A stretch of DNA of 64,000 nucleotides from positions 6,200,001-6,264,000 of the forward strand of contig NC_092672.1 in assembly GCF_964355755.1 (NCBI RefSeq), read 5' to 3'. The position numbers were made by a program, and so were the translations under genes. The first letter of the stretch is position 1. The number at the start of each line of letters is the position of its first letter. This stretch comes from Antedon mediterranea. Its lineage: Eukaryota > Animalia > Echinodermata. Under the pieces are notes generated by a model. The model saw only the letters and a program-made list of their open reading frames with translations, was not told the origin of the DNA and made no database searches. Of this stretch, positions 26,327 to 38,139 are shown piece after piece.

Positions 26327-29118
26327 GGCAGATATTGATCGAAACGTCAAGAAACTCAACAGTCCTTTTCTATACTATATTTATGTGGTGTACCACAAAC
26401 TTTATATCAACATATTGATTTCGCCATGCAAACCTTTAATCAATATAAAATGACCAAAGCTCATTGGACGAAAGTTACTTTCTTAGTACATGGTATAGCA
26501 CAGGCCTTTGTTTATCAATCAAAAATAGACAATAATATATAATCAAGCTTTTAAATGTTAATTTTAAAATCCTAAAAACTTGCTTTATGGTTCAAGAGTC
26601 AACCAATTTAAAATAAAATTCACTGCATATAATTTGGTAGCTTATTATATTAGCAAGGTAATTCATACTAAAAATACTTTTGGAAATAAATACTGAATAG
26701 TTTCATGGTGTACCAATTTGGATACAGAATCCCTAATATGGTTTAAAGGCATACATAAAACTAAGGCTATTTATCATAAAGCTAGTCTTATTGAAATATT
26801 TTATTTATTCCTAAAAAGTCAGTTGCATAAATCGATTTACTAATTTTTCACATTTTTAATTACAATATCTAAAATGAGATAATAGATTTACATTTGGTCC
26901 ATATTTTACTTTAATAGTAGTCAAAAAATTGTCAAATTTCCTATTAGGCCCTACATCTACAAATGAAACATTTTCTCATTATGAAAAACAAGCTTAAGCA
27001 GAATTCTCTACTACATTAAGAGCCTTTTGTTGCCAAGACGAAACACATTTCTATTCTTTAAAATATGGGACATCATGGGCCTGCCCAACAGTGTCCAGTT
27101 TTTAAACTTTGTGTCCACTTTTAAAACGACATGTAAATGTGCTATACGAAGCGCTGAACTTTTTTTTTGAAACGGCGGTAAAAAAAAAAAGAGTATAGTG
27201 TGAGGTGTCATTAGTGTTCCCTCCCTCTCCTATGTTATCATGAGGATCTGCGCCCGTGTACTACACACTTGTTAAAATTCTTCTATAGCCTTACTATAGC
27301 ACAACATTTCCGTAATAAACTTTCCAACTGTATCCTCAAACTACTCTAGTAATGTGGCGCTTCTTACAATTAATGTTTGCTTGAGACTTGTGCTAATAAA
27401 CTAGAAAATCTAACAAATTTGCATATATACATAAAACTTTAAAATATAAAGAATATATCTCTAGATTATTTAATATAGGCGATTGCGAGATACATGAAAC
27501 AAATTATTTGGCATAAAACTGATAAAACTCTAACAATCACATTTAAAAATACTATATCATATATAACATTGGTGCGCATATAACATATATTTGACAAACC
27601 GTACTGCATAGTTTAAATAAAGCAATAATACAAAAAACACAATTATTAGCATAACTGTCACTGGTATATGGTTGGACATGGTATTAGTCCTAAATGGTCC
27701 TTAATTTGACGGCGACATTGTCAAATAAAAAAAATATTACTAAACGTACAAATAAATAAATTTGTTCCTTGTTGTTTTATCATGCTAATTACTTACTCAT
27801 TTACATACAACCTGTCCTATTGGTATATAAGTACTCTAGGCGTTGTTTTCTGTTCTAATGATGAGAATAGTTTCTCAAAAATTGTCACATTTTAAGGCAG
27901 TTTTTCTTTAAATGTCTCACTATAGTTATTTTAAATAAATAAATATTATTCAAAATTGCAACTACTGTTTATGACTACCATATTTAACAAAAAAATATAA
28001 TTTATTCATTTTCAAACACATTTTGATTATTGCAGTTTTAATAATGAATGACAAGAGGATGTAATGTGCCAAAATTACTCACTTGAAAAAATATTAAAAT
28101 TTGAACTATGCCGTATAGTTATTGTTTTAAAGATTCCAAAATAATGTAAAATAAATAAAAAGATGATATGCTATTTGTTCACTCCATTCGTTCTCTCTGT
28201 TTAAAAAAAAAAGAAGTATTTCAAAATTGCTTTATTACAACCTGAAAAAAATGAAATTAGCAGAAATCAAAATAAGCAGATGTTAACCCCTTTATGAATG
28301 GGGTAGGGGTGGGGATGATGACATATTGCAGTGCGATATGGTGGGACCATGATAAATATATAATTACTGTCCTATGGAATGATCCTATTAAAATAATATT
28401 ACTTGTGCCACTTAATACTAAAAAATGAACTATAAAATACCTAAGCACACACTTTTCAAGTGGTAACACACTTCTACGAAAAAAACATAAAATCGTTTCA
28501 CATTTTTGAGAAATATTTCTATTTCCTATCTGTTCTATGAAACTATTCCACAAGAAAATTGCAAATGCATACCAATGTTGTATTACCTTAACTTTACACG
28601 GCCAATAATGCGTCCGTTTAAATGCTAGATCATATCTCATGGCAAGCCACGTAGTCCCGAGAAATAGTCACATTAAAAGATGGAATCGGCAACTTATGCA
28701 CAAAAGCTTATGGTTGTGAAATATAAACTGATCAAGCGTTCAGTAGTTTACTTAGATGCACGTTTTATAGACAAGCGCAAAATGCGCAAGTATTAAAATA
28801 ACCACATAGCAAAAAAAATTAAAAAAATCTTCCAATCTTGAGGTATAATGAAAAGAAACATGATTAATTAAAGATAGATTATTTTCTGTTTTGTGGTAGT
28901 GTATGAGGAAGTTATTGACCATCACACTTAAAAGAACTGTAACTTTAATGTACAGTAATTGTAATAAGTTCTACAATTGTGTTACGTTATGTTGTACGCC
29001 AGGAACCGCGCTTAGACATTATAACACGATAAAAATAGCTACTTACTAATTCCATCACAAAGCTTTCACACTGGGATGAAAAAAAATGTTACCAGTGAAA
29101 ACCCTCAGCTAGTAAACT

Positions 29119-29330
29119 CACTATGATCTATAAACCGCATAAATATACTGCCGTTATTTTAAATCGCTACTAAATTCATTCAAACGCCTTTTCATTTGCG
29201 ATGAAACAGAACTTTACCCAAGTTATAAATCGATACCTTGAGTAAATTATTTCTGCAACACTATGACCTATAACCGCATAAATAACCGCAGTAATCACTA
29301 CTAAATTTATTCCAAACCCTTCTCATTCAC
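29119..29330. repeat. Diverged two-copy tandem duplication in the GDPD1 3' region
   Basis: CACTATGA(T/C)CTATAAACCGCATAAATA...CTACTAAATT occurs at about 29119 and 29259. Confidence 0.65.
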
Positions 29331-29598
29331 TGGAACCTACAACCTCAGTCTGCTGGACATCATAAACTCAATTGACCAGCAACTTTTTATATTCTAGGTC
29401 ACCATCGTGACCTAGTTAATATTTGGCAAAATTAAGTATAAAACTGATCAACAAATTTCAGAAATTTGAGATGTTAAGTAAAGTACAAATAGAGCTGTTC
29501 GGTGGAATTTGTACAGGTATTAATATATGCAAATTTACATATTACCACATGTATACAAACAGCCAACACCCAATTTCCAACTTGCTGTCAACTTATCT

Positions 29599-32500
29599 TC
29601 ATTCGGACGTATGTTGCTTATCTTCTTCTCTTACTAGTCGTTCTTTTTCACCGTTACTAAGCACATGGTTCTTCGTTTCCATGAAGTTTTTAAGCTGCGT
29701 TGGATAATCTGTCATGATGCCAGAGACACCAAGTCTTAGTGCCCTCTCCCAGTCGTCTTCTTCGTTTAATACCCACAAGTACACCTAATATATAATAATT
29801 ATTGCTATCTATTAACTTTAATTGTTTAAATAAATTGTTGTGACAGTATTAAAATTAATTTAGAAGAAAATCTTTGGACTCCAAAAGCAACAAAGATAAC
29901 ATAACAGTAATCTGACCAAAAAAAAGAAGAAAAAAACAACATTCTGAAGTAATTTTCGGTGGCTTGTGAAGAGCTAAAAAGAATAAATAAAAAATAGGGG
30001 TCAAAGGGTGAATGTCCATGAGCTTCTGAGACTTTGACCCGATCTGTTATAATGCACCGCTTTTTTGCAAAACCCAGACGCAGTAACATTTGTGCTTGAA
30101 TGAACAAAGAAATAAAACTATTTAAAAACATACATAAATAAAAAAAAGCAAAAAAAAAATTTCTTACCTCAATACCTCGTTTTTTGAGGTGTGAAAATAA
30201 ACATTTGCTCATAAGAAGAAAGTCTACTACACTAACAAGAAATCGCTGGAATTTAGTGAGTTCAACGCCCCTGAAAAAATAAATGTAAATTATTAAAGAA
30301 TTTTGCCTTATATTAAATTATATAAAGGTTATACATTATCACTATTATTACCATTATAAGATATTAATAAAAAAAAGCAAAAATATTTACCAATATTTTG
30401 AAAATACACTTGGCATTGGAATTTCTAAGAACTGCTCTTTGATTGGACAGAACGGAAGCAGACCAAAATAAAACTGTAGGACTACCCTGGTTACACCCCA
30501 GACGCTGAAACACAGGGGTATATTGGGGTTCTCCTTGTAGCATTTTTTGACAACCGATTCTCGAAAGTTGCCCCATACAGTTATATCCTCTCGTTCAAAT
30601 TCTTTGACCATATTTGATACCTGTGAAATATAATTGAGACCAATGTACAAAATACAATAAAAGATTGAGAATTTAACCTTTGAACATTGAGATTGTATGT
30701 AAATGTGTTTATACCTCTGTTTATTTCACAGGAAACGATTAGGTACAGATACAGTTACTGACAATCTGGTCCAATAAGGTACCATACATATTTTACCATA
30801 CAAGATTCAAGAAATTGTATTGGTCCATTTAACAAAAATGGAACTGAACTTGGCATAATTAAACAATAACAATACAATGAAAGATATGCAACAAACATTT
30901 ACAATCCATGTATCCCCACAAAATGTGTCAAAGATACTAGACAAATTGAAATTACAGTACAGTTATAATATGCTATATGTATGGTATATAATATAAATGT
31001 TAACCTTTGTTCATAGGATGGGTTAAACAAGAGTGTGGTAATTTCAAGAATTTCTCAATACTCTGTTATTAACACATCCCTTCCTTCCTTCCTCTTTTAA
31101 ACATACAAACAAACACATAACATAATATATTGAAGTAATTGAATTGCAACATTGTACATCTTTAGAAGAAGACATTACATTTAAATATTGGAAAATACAA
31201 ACAATTATCCTAAAATTAATTTTACCTTTGAAATAAGTTCATCATCCTCTCGTTTTATATCAATGTTAAGAGGAACTCCCGGGAATGTTTTTAAGACATC
31301 ATATAACAGTGGTATATTTCGATCTTCAGATTCAGATATGCATATATCACCTAAAAATAATAGTTAAAAACAATTACAGAACTTTTGTTTGCAATATTTA
31401 AGGTTTTGATTATTTATACTATATTTAAATATTTTCTAGAGTACATAATATTGAATATACAAATAAGTTTTAAAAATGTGTATATCAAAGTATCACCTCT
31501 TCAGAAATTTCTAAAATAATATGCAGATTAAACTTACCATTAGACATTTGAACTTTAATAGAATTAGAAAGTTTTGGTAGGTTCTGAAGAAAAAAAAAAT
31601 ATTAATGGCATTAAATCATTTGTTTTAATAATGATAAATTGTTTGCAAAAAAACATTTTCTCAGGTTGGACTCATCCCCAGTGAATGGCTTATATTCTTA
31701 GGTTGGACTTATAACCAGGGATTGGCTTATATTCCCAGGTTGGACTTATCCCCAGGGATTGGCTTATATTCCCAGGTTGGACTTATCCCCAGGGATCAGC
31801 TTATATTCCTAGGCTGGACTTATTCCCAAGGATCGGCTTATATCCCCAGGCTGGACTTATCCCCAGGGATTGGCTTATATTCTCTGGTTGGATTGATCCC
31901 AGGGACCGGCTTATATTTTCTGATTGGAGCTGAACAGGGTACGATGCTTACATCAAATTCTGTCTCTTTGATAGATACTGGTTGATCTGATACTCTTGTC
32001 AGGATATCATCATGAGCTACAACCACTTGTTTGTCACAGGTGAACTGGCAATCAATTTCTAGCATGTCATAATCCAATTTCATTGCACTGTACACAAAAT
32101 TGGAAAAAAAAATGTATAATTGAAAACATCCATAAATAAATGCTACAATTGTGGTGCAGCTATCAGGGAGTTGTAAACTCCCTGCAGCTATGAAGCTAGG
32201 GCACTCCTCGATTACAAAACCAGAAATGTTGCACCTACGGCATAACGAAACCACCAAGCATGAACACAAGGTTATGATTTTGATTTTGATTACGATCAAT
32301 TGGGAAATTACCTCACGAGGTTATGAATAGAAAATTCTTCTGTTCAACTTTTTTAAACCTTGGTCCATTCATTTTTGATAGGTAGATCAAAGGTACTGCA
32401 CGCATTCAATTTACATTAGACAATGAGGTAATTAAAGTAGTTAACCTTTGACCAACAACAACAAAAGTAACTTTCGGTTCTGAAAGCACAAACAATGTAC

Positions 32501-35065
32501 AATACACTTACTGGTTGTAAGCTGTCATTGTGTTTTCAAGATTATCTCCAGCTCCTATAAAGATAAAAAGTGTTTATCTTAGTATAGTTCAACATGACAT
32601 TACACTTGTGATGTTCATTTTATCACCATCAAGTGTTATCATAGTACAGTAGTTCAGGGATAAAGTATTAATATTGTATTTATAATTGAATTATTGAATT
32701 ATTTGGTCTGAAAAGTACAAACTGAAGTTAAAATTCCGTCAGAAATGAAGTTTGCTATTTTGAGTATATTGTACGGTAATCATAAACAAATTGTACTTAT
32801 TATCTTTAATGCTTTATCAATTGTTATGTTACTGTAATTGTAATATCTCTTGACTAGTAACAGTAGTAGTAGTAGTACTATTTACTGTAGCATTTCAAGG
32901 CTGTAGAAACCTGCAATAAAATATTATATTCTGCACTGTAATAATCTTTAAAGATATATTGTCCCCCTAACAACATTTTTTTTTTCCAATTATTTTGTTT
33001 AGTATGTCATTTTAATTATATTTTATTTTATTTTATTAATTTTAGCAACATTAAAACAATACATAAACTTTGAGTGTGCCAAGGAGTAGCAAAAGAGGTC
33101 GAAGGACCACTTTCGCCATTAGGCGTGCCACACCAGCACTCAAAGCATACATTAAAACATAAAACAATGTAAATATGTAATATTAATACCATAATTATAT
33201 ATATTAAAGAGGCATAGTGTTTTTAAAGTGGTCCATTAACATGTTTTTAAATTGTACCCAACTTCCGCATACAAAGGCGTCTTTAATATTGACCGATAGT
33301 GAATTCCACAAACGAATAAATCTGGTTGGGATACAATGCTTTCCACTATCAGTTTTGGATGCAAGATTTAAAAGTTAGAACATCCAAATGCCTACAATTG
33401 ATAGTCAACATATTTAAAATAAAACTATTCTGTAATTTATACAATATATTTGTAATAATATTACGACGTAATAGCTAGTCACTTTGAACAAAAAATACTT
33501 AAATTGGTTTTTGGTTAAAATTAACCGTTTTTATATACATATATACATTTTTTTTTCACAGAAGTAAATAACTTTATTAGAACTGCAAAATGTCATATTT
33601 AAAGTCTGATTTTATTAATCTTCATTTTTCATGTTTTTGGGGGACAATACATCTTTAAACCGAAGGTACATTATTTGACAATTATTTGCAGATTTTTATG
33701 ACTTATATACCAATTATATTCTAATTACTGTACTGTATGTTAATAACTCTTGGTAAAACAATGGCACACGAAAGGGAGGTATATTTGATGACTATTGTAA
33801 TTAAAAGACAACACTCAATAATAGCAAGAACAATCTACTCAATATAACAGCTGACTACAAATATACCTTGATTCAATTAGTGTTTATAACAATTAGTCCA
33901 AAAATGGAACTACTGTAACAACTTATTAATAATAAAGGAAGACGAAACAAAAGACGTTGCATTACAAGATCAGTCTGCCGTACACATTCTTAACTGCAGC
34001 GCTGGACTAGAATTCTGAAATCAATATTGTGGCCAATAATAGGTAGAGCTGCTGTATGATTGGGAGCATACATGCAAATTATCACACTCGCATAATTACA
34101 GACTTAGTTTGTTCACCTTGAGTGGAGTATAACGGTACGTTCTAAATTGGCTGATAGAGTACCGGTACTGGTAGAATACAAAATAGTTTAATATTTATGA
34201 AAAGCTGATATAATTTATGAAATTAATCATGAACAGATTATGGACACTCTTTCACAATATTTTAACATTGGTTATTACCCAGTATATTATATGATTGACG
34301 CCACGGCTGTAGAAGGAAGTGACTAGCATTCGGGGAACCTTCTATCATGGGTTTACTCAGAAAAATCTTCCTAAGTGTCCACCCAGTTTCAATTATCAAT
34401 GATGATTATTTTGTCACCCAAATAGCAAGAATTTGCAATATTTATTACTTATCGGCAATTTCAGTAAGGAATGCGGCTATTAGATCATCATGCATTTATT
34501 GCGAATGGGTACGAGTGCTTGACCGCTAACGATGATCCTGCGGTGTTTTTCAGAAGTGCTTATTCGACATCATTTCGGCTAGATCTAGGCCTAGTTTAGT
34601 AGTGGTTATAAGTGCGAAACAACAAGTGACAAAAAGAAAATAGCATCATTTAAATTATTAATTAGTTCTAAGTATGGACAAACAAATCATATTTTTTAGG
34701 CCGACCACCTAATTATTAAATAATAATTATTATTTGATTATTAAATTAAAGTTTAACACCGTGTAACATTAGGATAGAGTGAAAGATGTTTAATAAAATA
34801 CAAAATTTACATTTTTAAACAGTATTTAGTCGCCGGTACATATATTAAATACACCGGCTAGGCTAGAAGCTTCTTTTCTAAGCAACATTACACTTGTTTT
34901 CTTACCTCCTCGATGAGCAATAAGTCGGCAACCATGACATCGCGATTTGCGGAATTTCAGACTTTTTTTGCGATGGACTAGTGAAGGAAACCGAAGTAAA
35001 ACAAGTGAAATAACTGTATAGCCACCAAAAAGTGAGAGCGGTATTGCTATTGAATAGACCGACAT
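29599..35065 (-). CDS. GDPD1: Lysophospholipase D GDPD1/GDE4-like glycerophosphodiester phosphodiesterase, 342 aa
   Basis: Exons 35065-34906, 32554-32512, 32087-31952, 31583-31538, 31350-31226, 30620-30391, 30270-30168, 29784-29599 (1029 nt). Motifs IAHRGGAGDNLENT, MLEIDC, VVVAHD, PLNIDIK, TVWGN, EQFLEIPMPS, VYLWVLNEE, GIMTDYPT. Confidence 0.93.
31657..31920. repeat. Minisatellite, 37-bp unit, ~7 copies, in GDPD1 intron 3
   Basis: GATTGGCTTATATTCCCAGGTTGGACTTATCCCCAGG, period 37 (31721, 31758, 31795); the unit is itself a diverged dimer. Confidence 0.9.
32952..33654 (-). mobile_element. Kolobok-type element, second copy (inverted), containing a LINE 3' fragment
   Basis: Same TIRs and TTAA flanks. 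Inner ~33025-33390 translates on the minus strand to RFIRLWNSLSVNIK, a LINE ORF2 C-terminus. Confidence 0.7.
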
Positions 35066-35637
35066 GTCGTTCAATACGGTCTGGTAGTAGAAAAAGCACA
35101 AATCTAACATTAAAAATGTTAGATAAAGTAAGACTTTCTTCTTGGTTTCTGTGGCAGTGGTGGTACAATCAATACAGCTCTCTATACACACTGTGTGGAA
35201 ACAGTGTGTTTGGCAATAACTGCGAACTTTGACCTCACATGACACTTGACACATTTCCTGGTTTTTAATAATTCATGGGAAAATTCCGATCGTCATCATT
35301 CGTTAAAAGTTGTTCGTTTTGTTAGTAAGGTTTCGTGTATAAATTACTATTTAAAATTGTTGTGATTGGTAAAATTGAAATTACTCTCTTTGTGGCAAGT
35401 TTTTTTTCACACATTTACAAGAAAATATGGTCTAGTCAGGCCTAGGCCTCTCAGGTTAGGCCTAGTTTATGCTATCACAAAGATTGTCTGCCGAATATTT
35501 GACGAGTTGGAACTGATTTGTTCATTAAAGTCATTTCGTACCAGAGAATTTTGCTTGCCCTACTTTTCAAACCATATACAGTACAACAATTGGATTAACT
35601 TAAATTATTATTATTTCTTTGTAGAATAAAAGTAATC
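35066..35637. promoter_or_regulatory. Putative bidirectional promoter GDPD1 / TIR-HEAT gene with kB-like site
   Basis: Divergent ATGs about 570 bp apart. GGGAAAATTCC at 35277-35287, ETS-like ATTTCCTGG near 35254. Probable 5'UTR intron of the + gene (gtaag 35325 to ag 35624). Confidence 0.55.
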
Positions 35638-38139
35638 ATGGGTAGTGATGGTGGATATGATGTGATGATAATGGGTGTAACATCCGATAATGAACTTGCG
35701 CAATCTCTTGCAGGTACGGTTACCTTACAGTGTTTACTTGCTTAACAATCCATACTTCCTACAAAAACACAAATAAAACAATTGTTAAAAGGTATATTTA
35801 TTTTTTATTTTCAGATTCTTTAACTCAGGATGGATTGAGTGTCTGGACACTTAATACAAATAACAATTCAAAATCAAAAGGAAATATTTTGGTAGCATCA
35901 AAGGTGTGCAAAGTTTAAAGCTGTATACACAAATTCAGCCTAGTTAAGCTGATACAGGTTTACACACATTTACATTAACAGCTAAAAACGTATAGTTTCT
36001 TATGATTTTTATTATGATATCATCTTTATTTATTTTTTCTAGGTACTTGTGAACATATTAAGTGAAGGGTCCACGTCATGCCAGGAATGTGAAGATTTGA
36101 TCTCATTAGCATATGTATCAGACACGCCTATCTTCCCAGTTGCGAGGGACTGCTTTCCAGCAATCAACAGTAGACTATCATTCTCAATGTAAGGAAGCAG
36201 CGTGGTTGGTTGTTAACATGCCTGCTTTCCAATCCTAAGCTCTTGGGTTCAACTCTAACATACAGTAGTTCCATGATCAATCGTAATGGTTATAACACAT
36301 GCATTGTGGGGGAGTTCTTACATAATACTTTAATGGTTTGCATAACTAATTTCAAGGAGCTCCAGAAAATAGGTTTGCTTGCTACCTACTGTATTGTATT
36401 CAGTAATAACATATTAAGCTCTGTCTACACTATCAAACTTGTGAAAAAAATGTGTTTGATAGTTTAATAGTGTAGACAGAGCTTAACCTTTCCTTTTGTA
36501 ATTCTGCAGGAAATTGATTCTAGCAAAGATAAATTGGATGTTCTTCACAAACGAAGCAGACAGAACAGAAAACTACCCAATATTACTGTCTTCCATTCAA
36601 CATGCCATCGAAAAGGTGAACCTGAAGTCCGAAAACGGCGACGGTAATGAAGACGTCACCGACGAACGTGTTTACGTTATTAAAATGAGCCAAGATGAGG
36701 AGAAAATAGAGGTTTCAGACAGACCAGAGTTTTGGGAGAATAGGTTACGCGGTCTATCTCAAGTAACATGGCCTGAATTTCGAGATGCGTTTATTGACGA
36801 ATATAAAGAACAACTAAAAGAAAGTTTCCCCGAACATCGACAAAAATGGTTGATAAACATTATTTATGGCGACATCTTTGACCTTCATAAGATGATAACG
36901 AAAAAGATGTACACAGATTTTTGCTGTGGTATTGAAAATGATCCTGACAATTTTTATCACCGAATCCTGGACTACGCACTGGGCCTGCTTGCAATGCGCA
37001 GCGTGTTTGACATGGAAAGTACCGTTAGGTTAGATGCGGTTCAAAATCTTGGTAAGGAAAAATTGGTAAAAGAAACTAAAAATCAAAATGTGTTTTTAAA
37101 TGTGTTAAATTCAGGGCTGTAGCCAGCATGAGGCAAATTTTCACCACCCACCCTAATTCCCCAGCACATATTAATAATATACTTAAAGCATCTTTGCCTC
37201 GTCTGTTTTCAACCTCTCACTACTCTCATTAATTTATTTATGAAGTGTATTAAACATGCAAATGTAATTGTTTACAGGCCAGTTTAAGACACGTTCAGTG
37301 ATTTCAACCTTGACAAATCTTTTGAATGACAACGATCCAAACATGAGGGCGGTAGCAGCTATTGCACTTGGAAAAACAGGTGAATTCTTTTTCTTCTTAG
37401 AAATGATTTCTCTTCAACACGAATAAACAACACATAGAATAATCTAAATCATAGGGACATCCCTATTAAGGGTACACCTGTGAAACAAGTGAGGGGAAGA
37501 ACATTATCATAGACCTTGCATGTATTTAAATGAAATAAAATAGCCTCAGTAGCCTCAGTATTGTCTTATTTCTTTAGGAGTAAAAAATTACAAAGTGGTA
37601 CAGAGCATGATCAGGAAACTAAGTGACGAAGATCGTCTTGTTCGGGAAGCCGCTTGTATATCTCTTGGACACATGAGGGCAGAAGTATCTGTACGATATA
37701 TAGTGGCATTATGGTGCGTTAAGTTATTGAATTTTTCTTTCTAGCTGAAATAGTGAACAAACTTACCCTAAGCTCTGTCTACATTATCCAACTTTATGTG
37801 AAAAAAAATGTGATGTGCCTATATATGGACATGATGTCATATTTGGGCACATCACACTTTTTTTGTCAAACTAGTTTGATAGTGTAGACAGAGCTTTATG
37901 GTTAAAATATATATTACCGATTGCATTATCTTGATCATGATATAATGAATAAAGAAAAGTAAGTACATTAATACGGGTAAATAACTAATCTTCTTGCTAA
38001 TACCTTTAGGCGTGGTGACACAATTTCACATGTCCGTCAAGCGGCTGAGGTGGCGCTAGGACTCATCAACTCGCCAGCATCACAAGAAGCTTTAAGAATG
38101 ACGCGTGTTCTCTCAGATGAAATGAACCGGTTAAAATGA
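35638..38139 (+). CDS. Uncharacterised 406-aa protein: N-terminal TIR-like domain, Cbl-type EF-hand-like middle, C-terminal HEAT (PBS-lyase-like) repeats
   Basis: Exons 35638-35713, 35815-35903, 36043-36188, 36510-37051, 37278-37379, 37578-37713, 38010-38139 (1221 nt, open frame, all GT-AG). TIR-like pattern YDVMI / LADSLTQDGLSVW / SKVLVNILS / CEDLISLAY / PIFPV / LILAKINWMFF. HEAT repeats VRLDAVQNLG, LNDNDPNMRAVAAIALG, LSDEDRLVREAACISLG, VRQAAEVALG. Gene model is firm; domain names are pattern-based. Confidence 0.8.
36197..36260 (+). mobile_element. Possible tRNA-derived SINE head
   Basis: A-box-like GTGGTTGGTTG and B-box-like GGTTCAACTC at tRNA-like spacing; no intact cloverleaf. Confidence 0.3.
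36417..36483. mobile_element. MITE family A, internally deleted copy
   Basis: AGCTCTGTCTACACTATCAAAC ... TAGTGTAGACAGAGCT in intron 3 of the TIR-HEAT gene. Confidence 0.8.
37771..37895. mobile_element. MITE family A, complete copy
   Basis: Both TIRs present; intron 6 of the TIR-HEAT gene. Confidence 0.85.

Noticed and set aside
36197-36260. tRNA gene
   Set aside because: Only degenerate A/B boxes, no acceptor or anticodon stems; at most a SINE head.
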